Positions 41,027 to 49,216 of a DNA stretch of 59,153 nucleotides are shown in pieces. Position 1 is the first letter of the stretch, and each line of letters starts with the position of its first letter. The translations under genes and the position numbers were made by a program. The notes beneath the pieces were generated by a model, which made no database searches, was not told the DNA's origin, and was given only the letters and a program-made list of their open reading frames with translations. The stretch is from Candidatus Thorarchaeota archaeon (lineage in GTDB: Archaea > Asgardarchaeota > Thorarchaeia > Thorarchaeales > Thorarchaeaceae), in NCBI GenBank assembly GCA_029855935.1, contig JAGSHN010000009.1:1-59153 (forward strand). Reading direction: 5' to 3'.

Positions 41027-41851
41027 ATGGCTCGACCTCTCTGGCTTGTCAGGATGCTCACACAGGCATTTCCGTACCGTGCATGGCTAGCACGGCTCAC
41101 GCGGTTCCCGCTTGTCCGCTGGATTGCAGACAGGTTCGTCTTCTGGCAGGACTATGTTGTCTACCTACCTCAGGACAGAGTAGTCAAGAAAACAATTCAA
41201 GTCCGCCAGCGCCTTGACGAACCTGAGAGCACAGTATTGCCCTCAGATATTGTTCATCGCCTCATAGACCAGGCCAGTTTCCTGTGGCTAATGAACTTCT
41301 GCATCTGTAGGTCTGCCTCCAACTGCAGAGACTATCCAGTTGACTACGGCTGTCTGTTCTTGGGAGAGGCCGCAAGGGGGATCAACCCGGAACTGGGCAG
41401 ACCTGTGACAAGGGAGGAGGCGCACGAGCATATCAGAAGATGTCAGGAGGCCGGACTGGTCCATATGGTCGGCAGAAACAAGCTCGACACTCTGTGGCTG
41501 GGTGTCGGCCCTGGTGATAGGCTGCTCACTGTATGCAACTGCTGTCCCTGTTGTTGTCTGTGGACCATGTTGCCAAAGATGGACAGGCGGTTGGCCCAAA
41601 AGGTCAACAGGATGCCCGGAGTGACCCTGAGAGTCAACGATAGGTGCACTGGTTGTGGTCGGTGTTTGGATGTCTGCTTTGTCGATGCAGTAGAGATTCG
41701 TGACGGAACAGCGCACATAACTGGTCTCTGTAGGGGCTGCGGAAGGTGTGTCGATATCTGCCCACAGGGTGCAGTTGAGATGAAGATCCCTAGTGCTCGG
41801 CGATACGACGAGACGGCGGGACGGCTGTCTTCGTTGGTTGACGTGCGCTAG
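41027..41851 (+). CDS. 4Fe-4S dicluster ferredoxin-domain protein
   Basis: CICR, CNCCPCCC, CTGCGRCLDVC, CRGCGRCVDICP. Confidence 0.9.
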   Translation: MARPLWLVRMLTQAFPYRAWLARLTRFPLVRWIADRFVFWQDYVVYLPQDRVVKKTIQVRQRLDEPESTVLPSDIVHRLIDQASFLWLMNFCICRSASNCRDYPVDYGCLFLGEAARGINPELGRPVTREEAHEHIRRCQEAGLVHMVGRNKLDTLWLGVGPGDRLLTVCNCCPCCCLWTMLPKMDRRLAQKVNRMPGVTLRVNDRCTGCGRCLDVCFVDAVEIRDGTAHITGLCRGCGRCVDICPQGAVEMKIPSARRYDETAGRLSSLVDVR

Positions 41852-42251
41852 ATGAATGCCCAATCGCTGAGGCAATATGGGCGAGGGTGACAGCCCACTC
41901 GGTACGGAGAAGATAGATAAACGATGTTGCCCTATCTGAAGCGTACAGCCCTCGCATCGTTCGTGTGACGAGTGCAACTGACAGCCATCGGTCTCCTCTT
42001 GGTCGTTGTGTCATCAGCGTTGGACTCCTATAGTCACACTGGCATCAAAGAGGACTCGTTGACCAAAGGATTCTGCAGTCGCGTGGTATCTGCATTCAGC
42101 AGGGTGGGCACGGTCTGAGGCGGCCAGGACGGTCGAGGAGGCAGGTCTTCTCGTCTTGCCTGAGGGTCACTTTGGATCTCGGGAACGATGTGCGGCGTCG
42201 TATTCCGACGCTGTGCTGGGCGAGGGACCATCACCAGGGAGCGTTGAATCA

Positions 42252-42590
42252 TTGGTATTTGGTAAGAAGGCCAACCTCGTGATTGTCTGGTTTGGTGTCA
42301 GTGAGCTTGAGGACCTACCAATTCCTGACGGCTTGCTGCTGAAGATGATTCTGGACGAGAGCGAGATCAAGAAGGACATTGGCAAGGACGCGCGAGTTCG
42401 TATCCTATACAGCTACGAACCCAAGATCACGCGTGCCATAAGAGAGGACGACGACGACCTGCTGGCCCATTTCGTCATCGCTATGTTGCTCAAGGTCGGT
42501 TCGCCTGAGAAACTAAAGTACCGCAAGTCCAGCTTTTTCGTCGTCAAGGACATTCCCGTTGTCATCGTGACCGTTGACGACAAGAGATAG
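42252..42590 (+). CDS. Small alpha/beta hypothetical protein (paralog A); start uncertain
   Basis: Aligns with the downstream ORF; protein-like from the TTG at 42252. Confidence 0.65.
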   Translation: MVFGKKANLVIVWFGVSELEDLPIPDGLLLKMILDESEIKKDIGKDARVRILYSYEPKITRAIREDDDDLLAHFVIAMLLKVGSPEKLKYRKSSFFVVKDIPVVIVTVDDKR

Positions 42591-42644
42591 TCGGTCTAAA
42601 GATTGGTCCCGGCTGGCGCAACAGACCACGAGTGATGGAGTGGA

Positions 42645-43001
42645 TTGGCGTTGGAGCGTGGGGGCGGGCAGCCCAGAGAGGCCAAGTTTGTTGTCGTCTG
42701 GATTGGTGTGGACGACCTTGGCATCCTTCCGGAGGAGGGGAAAGACATAGTCCGAGCGCTGCTTAGGAACCCCGAGGTCTCGGGGAGAGTGGCTACGGAC
42801 GCAAAGATTGGAATCATCCACCAGTCCGAGTCACCGCTATTGGAGGCGGTAAGGATGGGCGTTTTCGAGTCTATGGTCCCGTACGTAGCGGAGTTGCTTG
42901 GGGAGGTGAAACAGTCCCACGAGGCACGCGACCTTGACGTGGTTGGTATCAGCTGGGGACTCTACGACGAAGTGCCGGCGTTCTTGGTCGCCTTTGGTTA
43001 A
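42645..43001 (+). CDS. Small alpha/beta hypothetical protein (paralog B)
   Basis: GGAGTGG RBS-like motif; aligns with paralog A. Confidence 0.7.
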   Translation: MALERGGGQPREAKFVVVWIGVDDLGILPEEGKDIVRALLRNPEVSGRVATDAKIGIIHQSESPLLEAVRMGVFESMVPYVAELLGEVKQSHEARDLDVVGISWGLYDEVPAFLVAFG

Positions 43002-43215
43002 GAGGTGCGAATCTCTCGTCGGGACATGAGCACTTGTCCACCATCCAACACGCTCTACAACCTGTCAGGACCCTGCTCTGTCTGTCGCCCGGGTGTCGCC
43101 CCAGGTCACGTGGCCCCTGCCCGATCGAGAGAATGTATCGAGAGGAACATATCAAAAGGGATATATACTGTGCGGGGCGAGGCGTACCTACATACGGCTG
43201 TGCCGGTGAGGTCTT

Positions 43216-45873
43216 TTGAGCGAGACACGACAAGAACAGACGACAGAGAAGAAGGCACGTGCAGCAGTGAAGATTGAGGGAATGCACTGCGCGTCCTGTG
43301 TCAGTACGATTGAGAAGGCGATTGCGGGTCAGGACGGAGTCATACGGGTGTCTGTGAGCCTCCTTGATGGCAAGGCAGTGGTCGAGTACGACCCTGACAA
43401 GGTCGACAGGACAAGGCTGGAGCAGGCAGTCGAACAGACTGGATACAGAGCGGTCAGAGCGAAGATGCTGATCAATCTGTCACCAAGCCCGTCGGCCGAA
43501 CAGTGGGACGAGATAGAGAGGACGCTGCGAGACCTCGATGGCGTCATCGATGTCGTCCGGTATGAGGACAGGGACCGTCTCCTTGTGGAATATGACGACA
43601 GTCTGCTCACGTTCAGGATGCTGAAGAGGACACTGAGTCACCTCGGTTTCGAGGCTGAGGAGCACGGCGCTGGAGCTGCAGACCGTGAGATGTCCGAGCG
43701 TCAGAGAGAGATAAAGTACTACAGCAGGTTGCTGGTCTTCTCACTCATCCTGAGCATTCCGGTGATGGTCATCACACTGGCGCCCACACTGGTCACTCCG
43801 TTCCTCCCGACGGGCGTGTCGCCAGAGATTGTGAACTTCATCTTGACGACACCGATCCAGTTTGTCGCGGGCTATCCGTTCTACGGTTCAAGTCTTCGTG
43901 CTGCGCGACACGGCAAGGCGAACATGGACACGCTGATAATGCTCGGCACGAGTGCAGCCTACTTCTACTCGGTGGCCGCAACGTTCTTCCTCACCGGGTA
44001 CACTGCGTTCTATGACACGGCAGCCCTTCTCATAACATTCATCCTCCTCGGACGCACCCTGGAGGCGCTTGCCAAGGGCAGGACATCGAGGGCAATAAGG
44101 AAGCTTCTCGACCTGCAGGCAAAGGTGGCTGTGGTCATTCGAGACGGACAGGAGATCACAGTACCAATCGAGGACGTCGAGGTCGGCGACGTGTTGCTCG
44201 TCCGGCCGGGCGAGAAGATCCCGGTCGATGGCGAGGTCATTGATGGGTCGTCGTCGGTCGATGAGTCGATGGTCACGGGCGAGTCGATACCGGTCAGCAA
44301 GAAGGTCGGCGACCAGGTGATTGGCTCGACAATTAACAAGAACGGAGTTCTCAGGATTCGTGCCACGAGGGTCGGCAAGGATACTGTGCTATCGCAGATC
44401 GTCCGCCTTGTGGAGGAGGCACAGACCCAGAAGCCACCGATACAGAGGAAGGCAGATGCCATAGCGGGAGTCTTCGTGCCGGTCGTCATCGCGCTGGCAG
44501 TGGGCACCTTTCTGTTCTGGCTGCTCATTGGTGCCGAGGACTGGGTGCGGTCCCTGAGCTTTATGATTGCCGTACTTGTCGCGGCCTGTCCGTGTGCGCT
44601 GGGTCTTGCCACGCCAACTGCACTCATGGTCGGCATTGGCAAGGGTGCAGAGCACGGGATCCTCGTCAAGACCGGGGCTGGACTTGAGACCATTCCACGA
44701 GTGGACACGATCGTCTTTGACAAGACTGGGACTCTCACTGTTGGAAAGCCAACGGTGACGGATGTCATCCCAGCGGAGGGAGTTGATACGATGGGGGCGC
44801 TTCGGATAGTGGCAGCAGTGGAGAAGAACAGCGAGCATCCTCTCGCTGAGGCAATCGTCCAGTACGCCGAGGCCGCGAACATAGAGATTCCCGAAACCAC
44901 AGACTTCAACTCCGTCACAGGCAAGGGAGTTGTCGCAACTGTTGAGGGATCGAACGTTCTTGTGGGGACCGACCGTTTCTTGATAGAGAACGGCGTTGAT
45001 ATCAGCGCCCTCCAGGATGAGGTTGTCAGACTTCAAGAGGAGGGCAAGACAACCGTCTTTTCTGCGAGGGATGGAAGGCCGCTGGCGCTGTTTGCCATCG
45101 CGGACACTCTGAAGGAGAACTCCGCGCAGGCTGTTGCCAGGTTGAAGAAGATGGGACTTGACGTTCTGATGATAACAGGCGACAAGGAACGGACTGCTCT
45201 TGCGATTGCACGTTCTGTTGGGATTGACAGGGTGCTGGCGGAGGTCATGCCTGGCGACAAGGCGGCTGAGGTGAAGAGACTGCAGTCAGAGGGACGGGTC
45301 GTCGCAATGACTGGCGACGGTATCAACGACGCACCAGCCCTCGCTCAGGCTGATGTGGGCATAGCCCTAGGCTCAGGAACCGACGTCTCGCTGGAGGCTG
45401 GCGACATAGTTCTTGTCAGGGACGATCTGATGGACGTGGTCTCAGCCATAGAGCTCGGCAAGAAGACGATGTCAAAGATCAAGCAGAACTTCTTCTGGGC
45501 CCTCGTCTACAACCTTGTGCTGCTGCCCATTGCAGCTGGCGCGTTCTACCCCGTGCTCGGGCTTGTGCTCAAGCCTGAGTTCGCAGCGCTGGCCATGGCT
45601 TTCTCCAGCGTGAGCGTAGTCAGCAACTCGCTACTTCTTGGACGCTACTCGCCGAAGTCGTATGAGCACATCCCGGAGGCCGAGCAGTCTGAGGCCAAAC
45701 CCGAGGGGCCGAGAAAGGCAATCGATCCAATCTGCAAGATGGAGGTCGACATCGAGACCGCAGAGCTCTACAGTGACTACGAGGGCAAGCGTTACTACTT
45801 CTGCGCGCCGTACTGCAAGAAGACCTTCGACCAGGACCCCGAGCAATACAAGGACGCAGATGTCCCTGCGTGA
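43216..45873 (+). CDS. copA: Cu(+)-translocating P1B-type ATPase with C-terminal YHS/TRASH domain
   Basis: [41 protein letters not shown] and MAFSS; C-term DPICKM...YYFCAPYC. Confidence 0.95.
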   Translation: MSETRQEQTTEKKARAAVKIEGMHCASCVSTIEKAIAGQDGVIRVSVSLLDGKAVVEYDPDKVDRTRLEQAVEQTGYRAVRAKMLINLSPSPSAEQWDEIERTLRDLDGVIDVVRYEDRDRLLVEYDDSLLTFRMLKRTLSHLGFEAEEHGAGAADREMSERQREIKYYSRLLVFSLILSIPVMVITLAPTLVTPFLPTGVSPEIVNFILTTPIQFVAGYPFYGSSLRAARHGKANMDTLIMLGTSAAYFYSVAATFFLTGYTAFYDTAALLITFILLGRTLEALAKGRTSRAIRKLLDLQAKVAVVIRDGQEITVPIEDVEVGDVLLVRPGEKIPVDGEVIDGSSSVDESMVTGESIPVSKKVGDQVIGSTINKNGVLRIRATRVGKDTVLSQIVRLVEEAQTQKPPIQRKADAIAGVFVPVVIALAVGTFLFWLLIGAEDWVRSLSFMIAVLVAACPCALGLATPTALMVGIGKGAEHGILVKTGAGLETIPRVDTIVFDKTGTLTVGKPTVTDVIPAEGVDTMGALRIVAAVEKNSEHPLAEAIVQYAEAANIEIPETTDFNSVTGKGVVATVEGSNVLVGTDRFLIENGVDISALQDEVVRLQEEGKTTVFSARDGRPLALFAIADTLKENSAQAVARLKKMGLDVLMITGDKERTALAIARSVGIDRVLAEVMPGDKAAEVKRLQSEGRVVAMTGDGINDAPALAQADVGIALGSGTDVSLEAGDIVLVRDDLMDVVSAIELGKKTMSKIKQNFFWALVYNLVLLPIAAGAFYPVLGLVLKPEFAALAMAFSSVSVVSNSLLLGRYSPKSYEHIPEAEQSEAKPEGPRKAIDPICKMEVDIETAELYSDYEGKRYYFCAPYCKKTFDQDPEQYKDADVPA

Positions 45874-45968
45874 GTCGCAGGAGTCGTCTCACTACTGAGG
45901 TAGCGGGCCAATCTCTGGCCCGGCCACCATTCTTTATCTGTCAATCTGACATATCACTATTCTCGTGA

Positions 45969-46526
45969 TTGACATTGTCCTCTGATGAGTCAATGGCCAC
46001 GGGCACAGACGGAATCCCACAGGAGAAGAGGCTGGCCGCGCTTGTTCCTGCGGCCATCCTGTTTGCCTTAGTTCTACCTGTACTTCTTGTCTGGGGTGGG
46101 CTGTGGTTCGACCAACGTGTCCCGCTAGCACGGATCTCTTGGGTACCGTTCCGTGAGGCACTTGGTCTGGTGGTCACAGTCCTCGGACTCTGCTTTGCAG
46201 GGTGGACGGTGTGGTACCAGTATACGGTGGGACGCGGAACGCCAATACCAAAGCTACCGCCTCAGCGACTGCTCGTTGATGGCCCGTATTCCTACTGCAG
46301 AAACCCGATGACGTTTGGTACCACTGTGGAGTACCTAGGTCTATCACTCCTCTTTGGTTCCTCATGGTCGATTGTGTTCACAGTGCTCTTCACGGCGCTC
46401 CTTCTTGCATACGTCCGGCTGTTCGAGGAGAAGGAACTCGAACAGAGGTTCGGCGGGGCCTACCGACAGTACAAGGACAGTACGCCATTCTTTCTCCCCC
46501 GTGGCAGGCCCCGTCACACAGAATAG
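45969..46526 (+). CDS. Isoprenylcysteine carboxylmethyltransferase / PEMT-family membrane methyltransferase
   Basis: GRGTP.P...LLVDGPYSYCRNPM...EEKEL..RFG..Y.QY...TPFF.P. Confidence 0.88.
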   Translation: MTLSSDESMATGTDGIPQEKRLAALVPAAILFALVLPVLLVWGGLWFDQRVPLARISWVPFREALGLVVTVLGLCFAGWTVWYQYTVGRGTPIPKLPPQRLLVDGPYSYCRNPMTFGTTVEYLGLSLLFGSSWSIVFTVLFTALLLAYVRLFEEKELEQRFGGAYRQYKDSTPFFLPRGRPRHTE

Positions 46527-46628
46527 ACATCGGCGCTGCAATGCCCAACCTCACGCGAGCTCACAAAGGTGGTCCACATCGACCCACCGCGCTAGGCCAC
46601 GCTCCGTACGGCACGATGGTCAGGTAGC

Positions 46629-47027
46629 TCAGTCGAAATGATGATGGCTGTGGTGGTGGCCGTGATGGCCCTCGTGTTCGGAGCCCTCGCAAGACTCCGC
46701 CCCTTCGAGTCGTCCGCGAAGGTAGTCGTCAAGGATCTCCCTGATGCTCCGGGGCGCAGTCGTCACCGGTGTCACCCCAAGCTGCTGGAACCAGCTGATT
46801 GCACGTGGTCCCATACCACCTGCAATTACGACATCGGCCCTCTGCTGTGCGATGAACTGTGGAATCGCTCCCGGTTGGTGGTTCTCGTAGAAGGGGTTTG
46901 GAAGCGTCTCGACTCGTTGGACCTCTTCACCGTCAACGTCCACGAACACGTAATACGGGCACCTACCGAAGTGTGGCGAGAGCTGCCCGTCGATACCCTC
47001 GTTGATTGAGGCAAATGCGATTCGCAT
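46629..47027 (-). CDS. NifB/NifX-family (FeMo-co binding) protein with His-rich tail
   Basis: HFGRCPYY, ADVVIAGGMGPRA, C-term CEGSEHEGHHGHHHSHHHFD. Confidence 0.9.
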   Translation of the reverse strand: MRIAFASINEGIDGQLSPHFGRCPYYVFVDVDGEEVQRVETLPNPFYENHQPGAIPQFIAQQRADVVIAGGMGPRAISWFQQLGVTPVTTAPRSIREILDDYLRGRLEGAESCEGSEHEGHHGHHHSHHHFD

Positions 47028-47169
47028 GATGATCACCGGTTGGAATTGCTATGTTGACCCGATTGGTCGAGCCCGTCGGCATCCATCGATATATTTCAAT
47101 CTTCCAGTCGCGGCTGGCCCGCGGCTCTCCGGCGGTCTCAAGACTGCCGCCGTATCGGGCGGCGGAATT

Positions 47170-47242
47170 GGAAAAAGAAAAAGCCCTGTGGCCTGGAAGA
47201 CCCCGCCGTCGGTTCGAACGATGGCGAGGGCCACTAGGCCAC
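47170..47242 (-). terminator. Long hairpin plus U-rich tract downstream of the ferritin-like gene
   Basis: GTGGCCT...CTCGCCATCG-ttcgaac-CGACGGCGGG...AGGCCAC followed by TTTTTCTTTTTCC. Confidence 0.6.
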
Positions 47243-47262
47243 TTGCAATAGACTTGTATCGC

Positions 47263-47682
47263 TCAGCTCTTCTCGAGCAGCCCAGTGAAGACGTCGTGAT
47301 GCTCTTCCTCATCAGCAAGGATCTGCTCAAAGAGGCGGCGCGTCGTGTTATCCCTCTCTTCTCGCGCCTTGTCGATTATCTGATTGTAGAGCTCAATCGC
47401 CGACTCCTCGTCCTTCTTGTCCCGCTCGATCATCTCTCTGAGCGACTCTCCGACGAAGATAGGGTCAGGTTTCGTTGTCGGTGTCCCACCGAGGTAGGCC
47501 AGTCGTTCCGCAATGGCCTCCGCATGCTTCATCTCTTCGATGGCAATGGACTTCAGCTCGTCCTTGACGGCAAAACCCTCCACGCCCTTCCACAGGACGT
47601 GCTGCCACATGTACTGGATGGACACCTGTATCTCTCTGGCGATTGCCTTGTTCAGCAGCTCAAGAAGCTCTTTTGACGCCAT
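47263..47682 (-). CDS. Ferritin-like (bacterioferritin-type) di-iron protein
   Basis: AIARE...QY, EEMKHAE, DEESAI..Y, DEEEH; GGAGGTG RBS. Confidence 0.9.
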   Translation of the reverse strand: MASKELLELLNKAIAREIQVSIQYMWQHVLWKGVEGFAVKDELKSIAIEEMKHAEAIAERLAYLGGTPTTKPDPIFVGESLREMIERDKKDEESAIELYNQIIDKAREERDNTTRRLFEQILADEEEHHDVFTGLLEKS

Positions 47683-47976
47683 AGTAGCACCTCCGGCCTC
47701 CCCTGTAGGTCAGCGGTCGCATATTAACTCTATTCTATGTGCGAATTTCGCACGAGAGGCGACTCCTAAACTTGTCACAGTCCATTGTTCAACTACACCG
47801 ACAGTAAGACATCTATAGTGGTCCTCATATATTGAATCTGTAGAACCAGACAGCGGCTAGTAAGACTATGCGTGCCCGAAGCAAGATTGCAACAAGAAAC
47901 ACATATTGAAGTAGGTTCTCACTGGACACGGCGAACCCAGTCCTTTCCGGCCCATCAAAGAGGCTCGGACTGAGGG

Positions 47977-48588
47977 ATGTTGATGTCATCTGATACGAGA
48001 GACGCGGAGCTCATAATACTGCTGATATTAGGCAGTAGCGACGGCAAAGTCAGAATGCTCCATCTCCAGAAGATGTTCTTTTGCCTTTGGAGGTTTAGTC
48101 CGCAAATACGAAAACTAGTGGATTTTGAGCCGCACCTGAAGGGGCCTTTCTCGTTTGATGTCAACGAACTGGCAAGGGCCCCTGAGTTCCTCCCCGGTCA
48201 TTGGGAATACATACCACCAAAGAATCGCTCGGAAGCCGAGGATGTGAAAGGGGGCTACCTAAGGCTGACTAGGGTGGGAGAAGAAGCATACGCTGACATT
48301 ATGCGCAAGCTTGAGAAGCAGGCCAAGACCGATAATGATGTGCTGGCCTTGCTAGGTGCAGTTAGGCTGGTTGTCAATCTGTATTCGAAACTCGAATGGG
48401 ATGAACTGCTGTTCCTTGTATATACTGACCAAAACATCAGGGGGTTCTCGAAGCGATCTGCATTGTTGCACAAGATACTCACAAGAACCGGCAAAATTGT
48501 TGATAGGCTCATCCTAAAAGGCATTGTTCCCGAAGAAAAACGGAAAGCCATTCTTCAACGAGCGAAACGGTGTGATGTGGAACAATGA
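47977..48588 (+). CDS. Panacea/SocA/YwgA-like winged-helix protein, probable antitoxin
   Basis: LQKMFF...FEPHLKGPFS...LRLT..G...ELLFLVY; ATGA overlap with a PIN gene. Confidence 0.6.
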   Translation: MLMSSDTRDAELIILLILGSSDGKVRMLHLQKMFFCLWRFSPQIRKLVDFEPHLKGPFSFDVNELARAPEFLPGHWEYIPPKNRSEAEDVKGGYLRLTRVGEEAYADIMRKLEKQAKTDNDVLALLGAVRLVVNLYSKLEWDELLFLVYTDQNIRGFSKRSALLHKILTRTGKIVDRLILKGIVPEEKRKAILQRAKRCDVEQ

Positions 48589-48812
48589 CGGCGACGGAGG
48601 TTGTAGTGAGCGATAGTTCTTTCTACATAGCCTTTCTATCACAGGATGAGATTGGGAACTGCCAACTGCTGCTTGACTTACTCGAAAAGTATGACTTTCA
48701 CGCAGGCCCCGTAGTACTCGAAGAACTGTCGAGGCGCCACGCGTTGGTAATTCAGCAGCTGAATCTTGCAAAGTTTGTCACCAAAGAAACATACGACTTT
48801 TCCGCTCTTTGA
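48585..48812 (+). pseudogene. Truncated PIN-domain toxin
   Basis: VVVSDSSFYIAF...VVLEEL is the first half of a PIN domain; later acidic motifs are missing; 75 aa. Confidence 0.65.
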
Positions 48813-49141
48813 TGCCCGATCGTGCCTCAATCGCCAACGTGTGCCTTGACCGGGTCAGAACAGACATGCTTAGTTTCGTCCGGAAAGCGGGTCACGCTCA
48901 GTTCAACAGGCGGAGGAGCTCTGCTGAGAAGACGAGCTACGCAATCAGTGGTTCTGTCACAAACGGCCAACTGAGGGTGCTGCAGAAGAGAGTTCAGAGG
49001 GAAGGAAAGCTTGCAGAATACATCCAAGAGAAGCAATACTTCAAGCAGGACGGTCAATCTGTTCTCAACAGACTGCTGGCGAAAGATCGAAGGAGTACTC
49101 AAGCATCCATTTTCGGCTTCCTCGAACAATCGGGAGAGTAA
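48809..49141 (+). pseudogene. Probable 3' fragment of another gene ending in a PIP-box-like motif
   Basis: C-terminal QASIFGFL; N-terminal part not recognisable. Confidence 0.35.
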
Positions 49142-49216
49142 TCGCACATCAATTCAAGCAGCCATCATCCGCCGCAAGTCCCTCTAGTGATCTCGTCTCC
49201 ACTCTGTGCCAGATGA

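Noticed and set aside
41924-42118. Signal-peptide-like fragment (MLPYLKRT...*...AIGLLLVVVSS)
   Set aside because: Too short and interrupted to support as a gene.
47188-47242. Archaeal SECIS-like (GAA...A) or tRNA T-loop (GGTTCGAA) reading of the hairpin on the plus strand
   Set aside because: The flanking genes are on the minus strand, no selenoprotein ORF is nearby, and no cloverleaf can be formed.
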